Shown one piece after another: positions 48,800 to 58,831 of a DNA stretch of 64,000 nucleotides. This stretch comes from Spirochaetaceae bacterium (GTDB lineage: Bacteria > Spirochaetota > Spirochaetia > DSM-2461): assembly GCA_051531975.1 (NCBI GenBank), contig JAOPTT010000005.1, positions 32,001 to 96,000 of the forward strand. Direction: 5' to 3'. Position 1 is the stretch's first letter; the number at the start of each line of letters is the position of its first letter. The notes under the pieces were generated by a model, which was given only the letters and a program-made list of their open reading frames with translations, was not told the DNA's origin and did no database searches. A program made the translations under genes and the position numbers.

Positions 48800-50571
48800 T
48801 AAAACATCATTCCTTCTATATATTTATCTTGGAAATAAGGACTACTTGATAGTTCAATATATGTAGTTTTACCGACAATTTTATTACAAACTTCAATATT
48901 CTTAGAATGTAGAGAACAATGTATTGCACCAAGACCTGAGCTATTCCCTACCGATGTGGATATATCTACTAAATCTTTTGGTATTAAACCCATATTTGAT
49001 GCACTATTTATATTTATATAATTTCCAAATCCCCCGGCTATATAAAGATTTTTTATATCAGATCTTTCTATCCCAGCTCTGTTAATAAGTGTCTCAATTC
49101 CAGCTGATATAGACGCTTTTGCTAGTTGAACTTCTCTTATATCCTTCTGGGTAAAAAGTATCTGCTCTCCTGTTCCAGAATCTTGGGCGGAAACTATTAT
49201 ATATGCTCCTTCACCATCTGCTATGTAATTTTTGTCATCTACTAGATTATCTTCATCAAATCTACCTGTCTCATCTATTATTTTATGGGTGATAAATTCA
49301 GAAACAATATCTACTATTGCAGATCCACATATACCGATTGGTTTACCGTTATTTATTGTTGTGAATCTCTGGTTTTCTGATATCGAAAATCTATTGATAG
49401 CCCCTGTTATAGCTCCTATTCCATTAGATATATGAGCCCCCTCAAAAGCAGGTCCTGCAGCAGTTGAACAACTAAAATAAGATTGACTGTTTCCAAGAAT
49501 AATTTCACCGTTTGTTCCAAGGTCAACCAATAAGGATATATTCAGTGACTCATCCATAGAAGTAGCTAAAACTCCAGAAACAATATCAGCACCAACATAT
49601 GCAGATATTGAAGGTAATATAAATACTTCTAGGTCATTTTGCATATTCATAATCTCATTTATATTAAAGCTAAAACTATCTAAGAAAACTGGTGTAAATG
49701 GAGCAGTTGCAATTGTTGCAGGATCGGTACCTGTAAGTAGGTGTAACATTGTAGTATTTCCAGCAATTACTAAGCTAGTAATATCAGATTCATTAATATT
49801 GTTTTTAAACATTAACTCTCTAATCATCCCATCTAATTGTGTAGTTATTTTCTCCCCAAGAGTTTTAAGACCATTACTATTTTTAATACAGTAATCTATC
49901 CGAGATATAACATCTGCACCAAATGACTTTTGACTATTTAATTGACTAACAGATTCAACAATTGCACCTGTTGTACTGTTTAACAGATATAAAACCACCG
50001 TTGTAGTTCCTATATCTATAGCGACCGAATAATGGGCATACTTATTTGTAATTGCAGTTACAGAGATTATTTTATTATCTGTATAAGTTACCGCCAGTGA
50101 ATAATTGTTTTTGGACAAAACACCAGAAATATTCTGTCGAACTTTTAAAGGTATAAAAGGCTGGTTCAGATTTAATTCTTGGATAAGCCTAGTAATATCA
50201 TCTCTCTGGTCTTCTAAACTAGGTCTGGATAGTTTTATATCTTTTCTTTTTACTAATGTATCTATCTTTCCTGTATAACCTAAGTGACTTTCTAGGATCA
50301 AACTACTGTTTACATTATATTCAACTTCTAATTCAATATCTGTTATTGGCATAACATTACATGCAAGTCTAATTCCAGAATCTAGCTCATAATCTGTTAA
50401 TAATGACTTTTCTAAAGATTCAGGTTCTATGGCATTTCCATTTAATATTTTAACCTTACATTTTCCACAAGTCCCATTTCCACTACAAGATGCATCAAGT
50501 GGTATATTAAAGTCCTCTCTTAAAGAGTCTAATAAGTTTTTATCTCTATTTGTAATTATAATTTTATCCAT
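48799..50571 (-). CDS. ASKHA-family ATP-dependent reductive activator of corrinoid proteins (RACo/DUF4445) with 2Fe-2S domain
   Basis: CSGNGTCGKC..RLAC, DIGTTT, GADVISRI, DLGTNGEI, AAGPAFEG, GICGS. Confidence 0.92.
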   Translation of the reverse strand: MDKIIITNRDKNLLDSLREDFNIPLDASCSGNGTCGKCKVKILNGNAIEPESLEKSLLTDYELDSGIRLACNVMPITDIELEVEYNVNSSLILESHLGYTGKIDTLVKRKDIKLSRPSLEDQRDDITRLIQELNLNQPFIPLKVRQNISGVLSKNNYSLAVTYTDNKIISVTAITNKYAHYSVAIDIGTTTVVLYLLNSTTGAIVESVSQLNSQKSFGADVISRIDYCIKNSNGLKTLGEKITTQLDGMIRELMFKNNINESDITSLVIAGNTTMLHLLTGTDPATIATAPFTPVFLDSFSFNINEIMNMQNDLEVFILPSISAYVGADIVSGVLATSMDESLNISLLVDLGTNGEIILGNSQSYFSCSTAAGPAFEGAHISNGIGAITGAINRFSISENQRFTTINNGKPIGICGSAIVDIVSEFITHKIIDETGRFDEDNLVDDKNYIADGEGAYIIVSAQDSGTGEQILFTQKDIREVQLAKASISAGIETLINRAGIERSDIKNLYIAGGFGNYININSASNMGLIPKDLVDISTSVGNSSGLGAIHCSLHSKNIEVCNKIVGKTTYIELSSSPYFQDKYIEGMMF

Positions 50572-50729
50572 GTAGACATTATTCCACGGAATATACAAAA
50601 ATGTTTGTAATTTATATTATATTTTTGTATTTTTTTGTTATAGATTACAAAAATTAAAAATATATTTATATACTGGTCATACTAACATTGTCTAAAATGA
50701 ATTAACCTTTTAATTCCAGGAGATAAAAA

Positions 50730-51287
50730 TTGGGAAAGATAACATTAGTACTTGGTGGAATCAAATGTGGTAAAACCAGTTATGCTGAAAAATTGGCATC
50801 GGATAGAGAGTCTCGTGGTGGTGAAATACTATATTTAGCAACTGCAGAAGCATTAGATGATGAAATGAAACACAGAATAGACCGACATAGAGCTGATAGA
50901 CCTAAAAACTGGGATACTGCAGAAGAACCTCTAGATGTAAAATCTATATTCGAAAAAAAAGGGAATGTATATGACTTAATACTATTTGACTGTTTAACTT
51001 TATGGATAACAAATAAAATTGGACAAGCAGGTGAGAACTATATAAGAGAAGAACTAATGGACAATATAATTTCTTCCTGTAAAGAATTTATAAGTCAAAT
51101 TAAAGATATTGAAGCAGAAGTCGTTATAGTTTCTAATCAAGTTGAAGTTGGACTTATTTCTCCATATCCGTTAGGACGAGTTTTTCAAGATATTGCAGGT
51201 TTGTTACATCAGGAAATTGCTAGGTCTGCCAATAAAGTTGTTGTGATGCAAGCAGGTATACCAACGATTTTAAAAGAGGATGTATAA
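50730..51287 (+). CDS. cobU: Adenosylcobinamide kinase / guanylyltransferase
   Basis: GGIKCGKTSYAE, YLATA, RIDRHR, DCLTLW, VSNQVEVG. Confidence 0.92.
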   Translation: MGKITLVLGGIKCGKTSYAEKLASDRESRGGEILYLATAEALDDEMKHRIDRHRADRPKNWDTAEEPLDVKSIFEKKGNVYDLILFDCLTLWITNKIGQAGENYIREELMDNIISSCKEFISQIKDIEAEVVIVSNQVEVGLISPYPLGRVFQDIAGLLHQEIARSANKVVVMQAGIPTILKEDV

Positions 51288-51288
51288 A

Positions 51289-52365
51289 ATGGATCTATTA
51301 AGTAGTACAATAGCTAATATAAAACCCATATCTAGTAGTCTATTATCTGAAGCTCAAGATAAACAGGATAACTTAACAAAACCAAGAGGTGCTTTTGGGC
51401 GTTTAGAAGATCTTTCTATTAAAATAGCTGGAATTCAGAATACTCTAACTCCAAAAATTAAGGATAAAGCTGTTCTTCTTTTTGGTGGAGATCATCTGAC
51501 TGTCCACGAAGAGGGCATCGCATCTGCTCCTATAGAAGTTACAGCACAGATGATGCAGAATTTTGTAGAATCTAAGGGTGCAGGGGTAAATGTTATAGCT
51601 GACTCTATTGGTGCAAGAGTAGTTGTCACCGATGTTGGTGTTGCAACAGAGTATCCAGTAGATCTGCCAATATATAAAAAATCTATCCAAAAAGGTGCTA
51701 ATAATATTTGTAAAGGGCCAGCAATGACTTTAGAGCAGGCAACTAGGTCTGTTGAAGTTGGAATAGAGGTACTATTAGATCAAAAAAAGAGAGGTTTAGA
51801 TATTATTGCAGTAGGTGAGATGGGTATAGGAAATACAACACCCTCTAGTGCAATCTTTTCTTTTATTACAGGACAGGATGTTGATCTTGTAACAGGACCT
51901 GGGGCTGGAATAATAGACCAGAAAATAATGAAAAAAAGAGAAGTTATTAAAAAGGCTCTACTGATAAATAAAATAGACCCGAATAATGGATTAGATATAT
52001 TGGCAAAAATTGGTGGGTTTGAAATCGGAGCTATGGCCGGTGCCATGATAGGAGCCGCTTCTGTACAGATACCAGTTATGGTAGATGGCTTTATTGCTAC
52101 AGCTGCCGCATTAATTGCAATTAAAATAACCCCAAGCATAGAACCATATCTGATTTCAGCTCATCACTCTGCAGAAACAGGATATAATAAAGTAATAGAT
52201 TTTCTACAGCAAAAACCTCTATTAGATCTTGGTATGAGGTTAGGGGAAGGTACAGGTGCCCTTTTAGGGATCTCTTTAGCTGAAGTTGCTGTAAATATAT
52301 TCAATAATATGACTACATTTACAGACGCAGAAGTAATAAAGGCAGAGGAGAGGAATACTCTATAA
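51289..52365 (+). CDS. cobT: Nicotinate-nucleotide-dimethylbenzimidazole phosphoribosyltransferase
   Basis: LTKPRGAFGRLE, GEMGIGNTT, GGFEI, DGFI, LGMRLGEGTGA. Confidence 0.95.
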   Translation: MDLLSSTIANIKPISSSLLSEAQDKQDNLTKPRGAFGRLEDLSIKIAGIQNTLTPKIKDKAVLLFGGDHLTVHEEGIASAPIEVTAQMMQNFVESKGAGVNVIADSIGARVVVTDVGVATEYPVDLPIYKKSIQKGANNICKGPAMTLEQATRSVEVGIEVLLDQKKRGLDIIAVGEMGIGNTTPSSAIFSFITGQDVDLVTGPGAGIIDQKIMKKREVIKKALLINKIDPNNGLDILAKIGGFEIGAMAGAMIGAASVQIPVMVDGFIATAAALIAIKITPSIEPYLISAHHSAETGYNKVIDFLQQKPLLDLGMRLGEGTGALLGISLAEVAVNIFNNMTTFTDAEVIKAEERNTL

Positions 52366-53120
52366 TGAAAAGATTATTATATGCATTTAGATTTTTAACC
52401 ATATTACCAATACCTTGGAAACAGGATGAAGATCTAAATAAAGTAGCAGGTAGTATTATATATTTTCCATTTGTAGGACTATCAATCGGGATTATTTTAT
52501 CTTCTATTATTTATATACTAAATCCACTAATTAGTCCTTTAGCTACAGCTTCAATTTCAGTTCTACTGTGGATATTATTTACTGGAGGATTACATTTAGA
52601 TGGTCTATCAGATCTTTTTGATGGCTTTGGTGGAGGAAACAGAGAAGATAGACTTAGAATAATGAAGGATAGTAACATTGGTGCATTTGGTGCCCTCTCA
52701 TTAATACTTCTAATAATTTTAAAAATAATATTTGTAAGAGAATTAATTATTACCGATAGTTCTAAATTATTATTCCCATTAATTTTAGCACCAACGTGGG
52801 GAAGACTAATGCAGCTTATAGTTATACGTTTCTTTAAATCTGCTAGACCTGATGGTATGGGAAACTTCTTTAAAAAGAGTATTAAAGAGTGGTATTGGAT
52901 AACACCATTGGTATTAACTTTAGGTTTAACAATTTATCTGTTATCGCCTTTATCTATACTTTTTATATTACCACTAATATTAATATTAATTCTCTTTTCT
53001 ATCTCAGTATCAAAAAAACTAGAGGGTTTAACAGGTGATTGTTACGGTGCAATTTGTGAAATTACAGAGCTACTATTTATAGTTCTATATTTTATAATTT
53101 ACAGGAGTCATCTTGGATAA
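52365..53120 (+). CDS. cobS: Adenosylcobinamide-GDP ribazoletransferase (cobalamin synthase)
   Basis: FLTILP, TGGLHLDGLSD, IMKDSNIGAFG, GLTGDCYGA. Confidence 0.95.
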   Translation: MKRLLYAFRFLTILPIPWKQDEDLNKVAGSIIYFPFVGLSIGIILSSIIYILNPLISPLATASISVLLWILFTGGLHLDGLSDLFDGFGGGNREDRLRIMKDSNIGAFGALSLILLIILKIIFVRELIITDSSKLLFPLILAPTWGRLMQLIVIRFFKSARPDGMGNFFKKSIKEWYWITPLVLTLGLTIYLLSPLSILFILPLILILILFSISVSKKLEGLTGDCYGAICEITELLFIVLYFIIYRSHLG

Positions 53121-53183
53121 AACTCGTCTAATAAAATCTCAACTAATGAATTTGTCTTTATTCTTATCTCCAAGAAAATGCCT

Positions 53184-54542
53184 ATGAAAAGGATTTTAAT
53201 AGCAGGTACAAAAAGTGGGGTAGGTAAAACCACTGTTTCCATGGGAATTATGGCTGCATTATCCAAAAAAATGAATGTTCAACCATACAAAGTTGGTCCC
53301 GATTATATAGATTCCGCATATCATTCTTATATAACTGGTAATATTTGTAGTAATTTAGATTCATATCTTCTAGATAAGCAGATGATCGAGTATTTATTTG
53401 TCAAAAACAGTAGAAATAAAGATATAGCTATTATAGAAGGAGTAATGGGACTTTTTGATGGAGCTGAGATAAAAAGTGATATTGGAACCAGTGCATCTAT
53501 TGCAAAGATCCTAAATACTCCAATTATTTTAGTAGTGGATGGTAGTGGTGTTGCATCATCTATTGCGGCCACAATAAAAGGTTTTGAAGTTTTTGATCCA
53601 GATACTAAAATTACTGGAGTTATTATTAATAACGTAGGTAGTAGACAACATTATGAACTCTTAAAAAGTGCAATAGAGTATCATACCACTGTTATACCTT
53701 GTGGTTACCTAATAAGGGATAGTGTTATTAGTCTACCAGAAAGACATTTAGGTCTGGTACCTGCCTGTGAGCAGATAGAACTTGAAACTACATTTAAAAC
53801 TTTAGCCAATCAGGTTGAGTCTACTATCGACTTAGATAAAATAATTAAACTCTCGGAATCTACAGTCCTTACAGATTTCCCACTGTTTGAATTAAAAAAA
53901 GAGAACCCAATATCACTTAGAGTAGCAATTGCAAAGGATAGTGCGTTCAACTTTTATTACCAAGATAGTTTAGATATATTATCTGAAATGTATAATATTA
54001 TGTGGATACCTTATAGTCCTATTAGTGACAGAGAACTACCTAAAAATATTCATGGTTTATATCTTGGTGGTGGATTCCCTGAAGTTTTTGCCAAAGAGAT
54101 TTCAGAAAACAGAGAGATGAAATCTTCACTATTAAAAAATCTTAATAATGGCCTACCCTATATTGCAGAATGTGGAGGTCTAATGTATTTAGGTGAAACA
54201 TTAATAGATTTGCATGGATTAGAGTACTCAATGGTAGGGTGGTTTAAAGGTTATAGTAAAATGACACAAAAACTACAACGTTTTGGTTATGCGTCATTAA
54301 CTCAAAATAATAACACAATTAAAATACATGAATTCCATAGGTCAGAATCTTTTTTTAATGAAAAAACAGTATATAAATTAGAAAAAAGAAGAGAGAATAA
54401 AGTAATACAAAGTTGGAATTGTGGCTATACTAAAGGCGCTGGCATTGCTGGTTATGCCCACTTTCACTTTGGAAGTAATCTGACATTTGCCAATGACTTT
54501 GTTAATAAGTGTTTAGAGTATAAAAAAGTGAATAAGAGCTAA
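53184..54542 (+). CDS. cbiA: Cobyrinate a,c-diamide synthase
   Basis: SGVGKTT, KVGPDYID, EGVMGLFDG, LPERHLGL, AECGGLMYL. Confidence 0.93.
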   Translation: MKRILIAGTKSGVGKTTVSMGIMAALSKKMNVQPYKVGPDYIDSAYHSYITGNICSNLDSYLLDKQMIEYLFVKNSRNKDIAIIEGVMGLFDGAEIKSDIGTSASIAKILNTPIILVVDGSGVASSIAATIKGFEVFDPDTKITGVIINNVGSRQHYELLKSAIEYHTTVIPCGYLIRDSVISLPERHLGLVPACEQIELETTFKTLANQVESTIDLDKIIKLSESTVLTDFPLFELKKENPISLRVAIAKDSAFNFYYQDSLDILSEMYNIMWIPYSPISDRELPKNIHGLYLGGGFPEVFAKEISENREMKSSLLKNLNNGLPYIAECGGLMYLGETLIDLHGLEYSMVGWFKGYSKMTQKLQRFGYASLTQNNNTIKIHEFHRSESFFNEKTVYKLEKRRENKVIQSWNCGYTKGAGIAGYAHFHFGSNLTFANDFVNKCLEYKKVNKS

Positions 54543-54573
54543 AGAACAGTTAATTGATATATAGGAGAATTAA

Positions 54574-55107
54574 ATGGAAATAGATAGAGGTATAATTTTA
54601 GTAAATACAGGAAATGGTAAAGGTAAAAGTACAGCAGCATTTGGAACTGCCTTTAGAGCTTTAGGCCAAGGTTTTACTGTTGCCATTATTCAATTCATTA
54701 AAGGTAAATGGAAAACAGGAGAGATGGAAACATTTAAACTCTTTGATAATTTAACCCATATAATTTCAGGTGAAGGATTTACTTGGAACTCAGAAGATTT
54801 ACAAAAGGATAAAGATGCAGCTATAAAAGGTTGGAACATAGCAAAGGATATAATATTAGGTAAAGCAGATAAAGATTATCAGCTCATAGTATTAGATGAG
54901 CTTAATATTGCCCTTGATTTGAAGTTTGTGGATATAGATGACGTTTTAGAAGTACTAAAAAATAAACCAGACACTCTTAATATAATTATAACAGGTAGAA
55001 ATGCTCCTAAAGAGATAATTGAAATTGCAGACACTGTTACAAATATGACTCCAATAAAACATGCTTATGAACGTGGAATTAAAGCACAAAAAGGAATTGA
55101 GTTTTAA
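54574..55107 (+). CDS. cobO: Corrinoid adenosyltransferase (CobO/BtuR)
   Basis: TGNGKGKSTAAFG, QFIKG, LDEL, TGR, KHAY..GIEF. Confidence 0.95.
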   Translation: MEIDRGIILVNTGNGKGKSTAAFGTAFRALGQGFTVAIIQFIKGKWKTGEMETFKLFDNLTHIISGEGFTWNSEDLQKDKDAAIKGWNIAKDIILGKADKDYQLIVLDELNIALDLKFVDIDDVLEVLKNKPDTLNIIITGRNAPKEIIEIADTVTNMTPIKHAYERGIKAQKGIEF

Positions 55108-56594
55108 TGGGAAAATCCTTAATGATTATGGGGACAGCATCCTCAGTTGGTAAATCTGTTGTAACAACAGGACTGTGTAGACTCTTTTACAGAGAAGGGT
55201 ACAATGTTAATCCATTTAAATCTCAAAACATGGCTCTTAACTCTTTTATTACAGTTGATGGACACGAAATGGGTCGGGCACAGGTTGTACAGGCAGAAGC
55301 AGCTTGTAAAATACCAAATGTTAAAATGAATCCTATATTAATAAAACCATCTTCGGATGTAGATTCTCAAGTGATTGTAAATGGTAAAATTTTAGAGAAC
55401 ATGAATGCAGCCCAGTATCATAAACATAAACCAGAACTAAAAGAGCTGGTAAGAAAGTGTTACAAAGAATTAGAAGATGAATCCGACTTAGTCATTTTAG
55501 AGGGTGCTGGAAGTCCAGCAGAGATCAACCTAAGAGAAGGGGACTTGGTAAATATGGGAATGGCGGAAATATCAGATTCCCCAGTGCTCCTTGTTGGAGA
55601 TATTGATAAGGGTGGTGTTTTTGCATCTTTGTATGGAACGATAATGTTATTACAACCGGAAGAAAGAGCTAGAATTAAGGGTGTTATTATTAATAAGTTC
55701 CGGGGGGATGTTAAACTTTTAGAACCTGGACTAAAAATGTTAGAGGATTTAATACACATTCCTGTATTAGGGGTTATCCCTTGGAATAACATCGATATTG
55801 AAGATGAAGATAGTTTAACTGAACGTTTTAATATTAGCCAACAAAATGGATGTATCGACATTGCTATTTTACAGTACCCACATATGTCCAATTATACTGA
55901 CTTTACAATTTTAGAAGCTGTTTCAGATATTAATGTTAGGTATATATCAGGTGGCGAATCTATAGGTAATACTGATATCATAATCATCCCTGGTTCAAAA
56001 AGTGTAATATCAGACTTTCAGTTTTTAAAAAACTGTGGGTGGGATCAGGAAATATATAGACATAACAGAGAGCATAAACCGGTTATTGGTATTTGTGGTG
56101 GATATCAGATGTTAGGTAACAGAATAGAGGACCCAGACAACGTTGAAGGTAGTGTAAAAGGTATTAATGGTTTAGGTCTACTAAATATGACTACAACCTT
56201 TTTAAATAATAAATGTACAACTCAATCCAAAGGTGTAATTAATAAACTTGAAGGTGAATGGAATTGTATCTCTGGTTTTGAGGTAGAAGGATACGAGATA
56301 CATATGGGGGTAACGGAAAGTAAAGAGATTCCATTAATAACTAATGTGGATAAAAGCTCTGACGGTTCAATAAAAGATAATGTTATTGGTTCATACTTTC
56401 ATGGAATTTTTGATAATAGAGAATTTTTATCCTCTTTAGTTAATAAGATTAAAACAGATAAAGGAATAGAACATAATAACGATCAGGTTATGGATTTTAA
56501 AGTATATAAAGACAATGAGTTTAATAAACTTGCAGATCTATATAACAAATGTCTAGATATGAAAGCTATAAAAGGGATTATATCTAAGTGGTAA
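55107..56594 (+). CDS. cobQ: Cobyric acid synthase (CobQ/CbiP)
   Basis: GTASSVGKS, PFKSQNMALNS, EGAGSPAEINL, GICGGYQMLG. Confidence 0.95.
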   Translation: MGKSLMIMGTASSVGKSVVTTGLCRLFYREGYNVNPFKSQNMALNSFITVDGHEMGRAQVVQAEAACKIPNVKMNPILIKPSSDVDSQVIVNGKILENMNAAQYHKHKPELKELVRKCYKELEDESDLVILEGAGSPAEINLREGDLVNMGMAEISDSPVLLVGDIDKGGVFASLYGTIMLLQPEERARIKGVIINKFRGDVKLLEPGLKMLEDLIHIPVLGVIPWNNIDIEDEDSLTERFNISQQNGCIDIAILQYPHMSNYTDFTILEAVSDINVRYISGGESIGNTDIIIIPGSKSVISDFQFLKNCGWDQEIYRHNREHKPVIGICGGYQMLGNRIEDPDNVEGSVKGINGLGLLNMTTTFLNNKCTTQSKGVINKLEGEWNCISGFEVEGYEIHMGVTESKEIPLITNVDKSSDGSIKDNVIGSYFHGIFDNREFLSSLVNKIKTDKGIEHNNDQVMDFKVYKDNEFNKLADLYNKCLDMKAIKGIISKW

Positions 56595-57529
56595 TTCCAT
56601 TAACAATTGGTTATATTCTAGATCTTTTAATAGGTGACCCACACTGGTTACCCCATCCAATTAGGTTTATAGGTACTTTAATTAACAAATTAGAATCTTT
56701 GCTCAGAAAAAAAGAGAGATATCTGAAATTTAAAGGCCTAATTCTTTTAATTTTAACCTCTGGAATAAGCTTTTTAACTGTCTTTATAATTTTATATCTT
56801 TTAGAGAAAGTAAACATTTATATAGCAGACATAGTATGTGCTTTTATCATATTCCAGATACTGGCTACCAAAAGTCTATTTACCGAAACTAATAAAGTTT
56901 ATAAAGCTCTACTAGCCAATGACTTGGATCTTGCCAAAAAACAGTTGTCGTATTTAGTATCAAGAGATTGTGAAAGTATGAATAAGACTGATGTAATTCG
57001 TTCAACCATAGAGACCATTTCAGAAAATATTGTAGATGGTATTACATCACCTCTGTTTTATATCTTAATAGGTGGTGCACCATTAGGGATGTTTTACAAA
57101 GCAGTGAATACATTAGATTCAATGGTTGGCTATAAAAATGACAAATATATGGACTTTGGTTATTTCTCAGCTAAGTTTGACGATTTTGTTAACTATGTTC
57201 CTGCTAGAATCAGTTCAATCATAATAATATTCTCATCATTTTTATTAGGATTGGATTTTAAATTAGCTTTTAAAACATTAATAAAAGATAGAAGAAACCA
57301 TAGTAGTCCCAACAGTGGTTACGCTGAAGCTCCAGTAGCTGGAGCATTAGGAATACAATTAGGTGGAAAAGTCTCATATTTTGGTGTAATACATAATAAA
57401 CCAACTATGGGTCTAGATGTTAATGAACCAGAAAACATAGATATTAGAAAAACACACAAGATTATGTTTTTAACATCTCTTATATTTTTTAGTCTCTGTA
57501 TTGGAGTTTCACTTTTATGGAAAAATTAA
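56588..57529 (+). CDS. cbiB: Adenosylcobinamide-phosphate synthase
   Basis: GDP..PHP, ETISEN, NTLDSMVGY, SPNSGYAEA..AGALG. Confidence 0.95.
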   Translation: MVIPLTIGYILDLLIGDPHWLPHPIRFIGTLINKLESLLRKKERYLKFKGLILLILTSGISFLTVFIILYLLEKVNIYIADIVCAFIIFQILATKSLFTETNKVYKALLANDLDLAKKQLSYLVSRDCESMNKTDVIRSTIETISENIVDGITSPLFYILIGGAPLGMFYKAVNTLDSMVGYKNDKYMDFGYFSAKFDDFVNYVPARISSIIIIFSSFLLGLDFKLAFKTLIKDRRNHSSPNSGYAEAPVAGALGIQLGGKVSYFGVIHNKPTMGLDVNEPENIDIRKTHKIMFLTSLIFFSLCIGVSLLWKN

Positions 57530-58563
57530 AAGATTTTACCCATGGTGGTAATGTACATAAAGCATCTATAAATAATAAAATTTCAAAACATAAAATTCTG
57601 GACTTTAGTGCAAACATAAACCCATTAGGATTAAGCCCAAAAGGCTTAAGTAGCATAAAAAATGGAGTTAGAAATATTCTTAACTATCCAGATCCAGAGT
57701 ATATTGAACTAAGACAATCTTTAGCTGGTTATTACAATGTAGATATAGATCATTTAATCCCAGGTAATGGTGCTATAGAACTGATCTATAGCTATGTAAA
57801 AAACAGAGAGGTTGGTACCGCTTTAATTCCAGCTCCTGGATTTGTAGAGTACGAAAAGGCCCTTTTAAGTTATGGTTGGGAGGTTCTATATTATACAAAT
57901 AAAGATGAAATAAATACTACCAACGTAGATGTTATATTTATATGTAATCCTAATAACCCAACGGGATCTTCTTATTCTGAAAGCTACTTAACAGAATTAT
58001 TAAATAGATGTAGTAATAATAATACAGACCTGTTTTTAGATGAAGCATTTATAGAGTTTTCAAGTTATAAATCAATGTCATCCTATTTACACAAGTTTAA
58101 TAACCTATTTATTCTTAAATCTTTAACTAAGTTTTTTGCTATACCTGGCTTACGTTTAGGTGCACTATTAACATCGAATAAAACCTTCAAAGATAGTTTT
58201 AATAAAATTATAATTCCTTGGAGTATCAACTCTGTTGCACAGGATTATATAACAAGTGCAATTAAAGATAACAGATATATTAATAAATCTAAGTACTATA
58301 TAAAAAGAGAGCGTATATGGTTATTTAAACAATTAACTAACATTCCTAATCTTAAAGTATTTAGAACTCAAGGCAATTTTATGGTATTTAAAATTGATCT
58401 AGACATAGACCTTTGTTCAGTATTAATTAGTAAAGGAATATTAATAAGAAGTTGTTTTAATTATAATAGTTTAGATTCCTCCTACTATCGTATTGCAATA
58501 AAGAGACATGGTCAAAATAAAGTTCTACTTAGAAGTCTAAAAAAGGTTTTTACTAGTGGTTGA
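57517..58563 (+). CDS. cobD: Threonine-phosphate decarboxylase
   Basis: HGG, DFSANINPLG, NPNNPTG, DEAF, SLTKFFAIPGLRLG. Confidence 0.9.
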   Translation: MEKLKDFTHGGNVHKASINNKISKHKILDFSANINPLGLSPKGLSSIKNGVRNILNYPDPEYIELRQSLAGYYNVDIDHLIPGNGAIELIYSYVKNREVGTALIPAPGFVEYEKALLSYGWEVLYYTNKDEINTTNVDVIFICNPNNPTGSSYSESYLTELLNRCSNNNTDLFLDEAFIEFSSYKSMSSYLHKFNNLFILKSLTKFFAIPGLRLGALLTSNKTFKDSFNKIIIPWSINSVAQDYITSAIKDNRYINKSKYYIKRERIWLFKQLTNIPNLKVFRTQGNFMVFKIDLDIDLCSVLISKGILIRSCFNYNSLDSSYYRIAIKRHGQNKVLLRSLKKVFTSG

Positions 58564-58831
58564 ATTATGTAGTTATATTGTTATTACACATGGTGCTATA
58601 ATTACCCTATTACTTTCTATCGTAAATAATTGGGAATATTTCCCAAGGAAATGATACTTTAGCGAATTGCTCTATTAATAGAATAAATCTTTAGTATTTA
58701 TATTATTATTGTTGTTGCAAAACAGCTAACTAGACAATATAATTCGTATATACAATAATATTAAATATTATTTCATAAAGTTCTAAAATTAATTAACATA
58801 AATGTTTGAATAATGACTATGGGGAGCTTAT

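Noticed and set aside
58564..58831. Riboswitch or sRNA upstream of the MCP gene; palindrome TTGGGAATATTTCCCAA at ~58630
   Set aside because: No c-di-GMP or other consensus seen; a single hairpin is insufficient.
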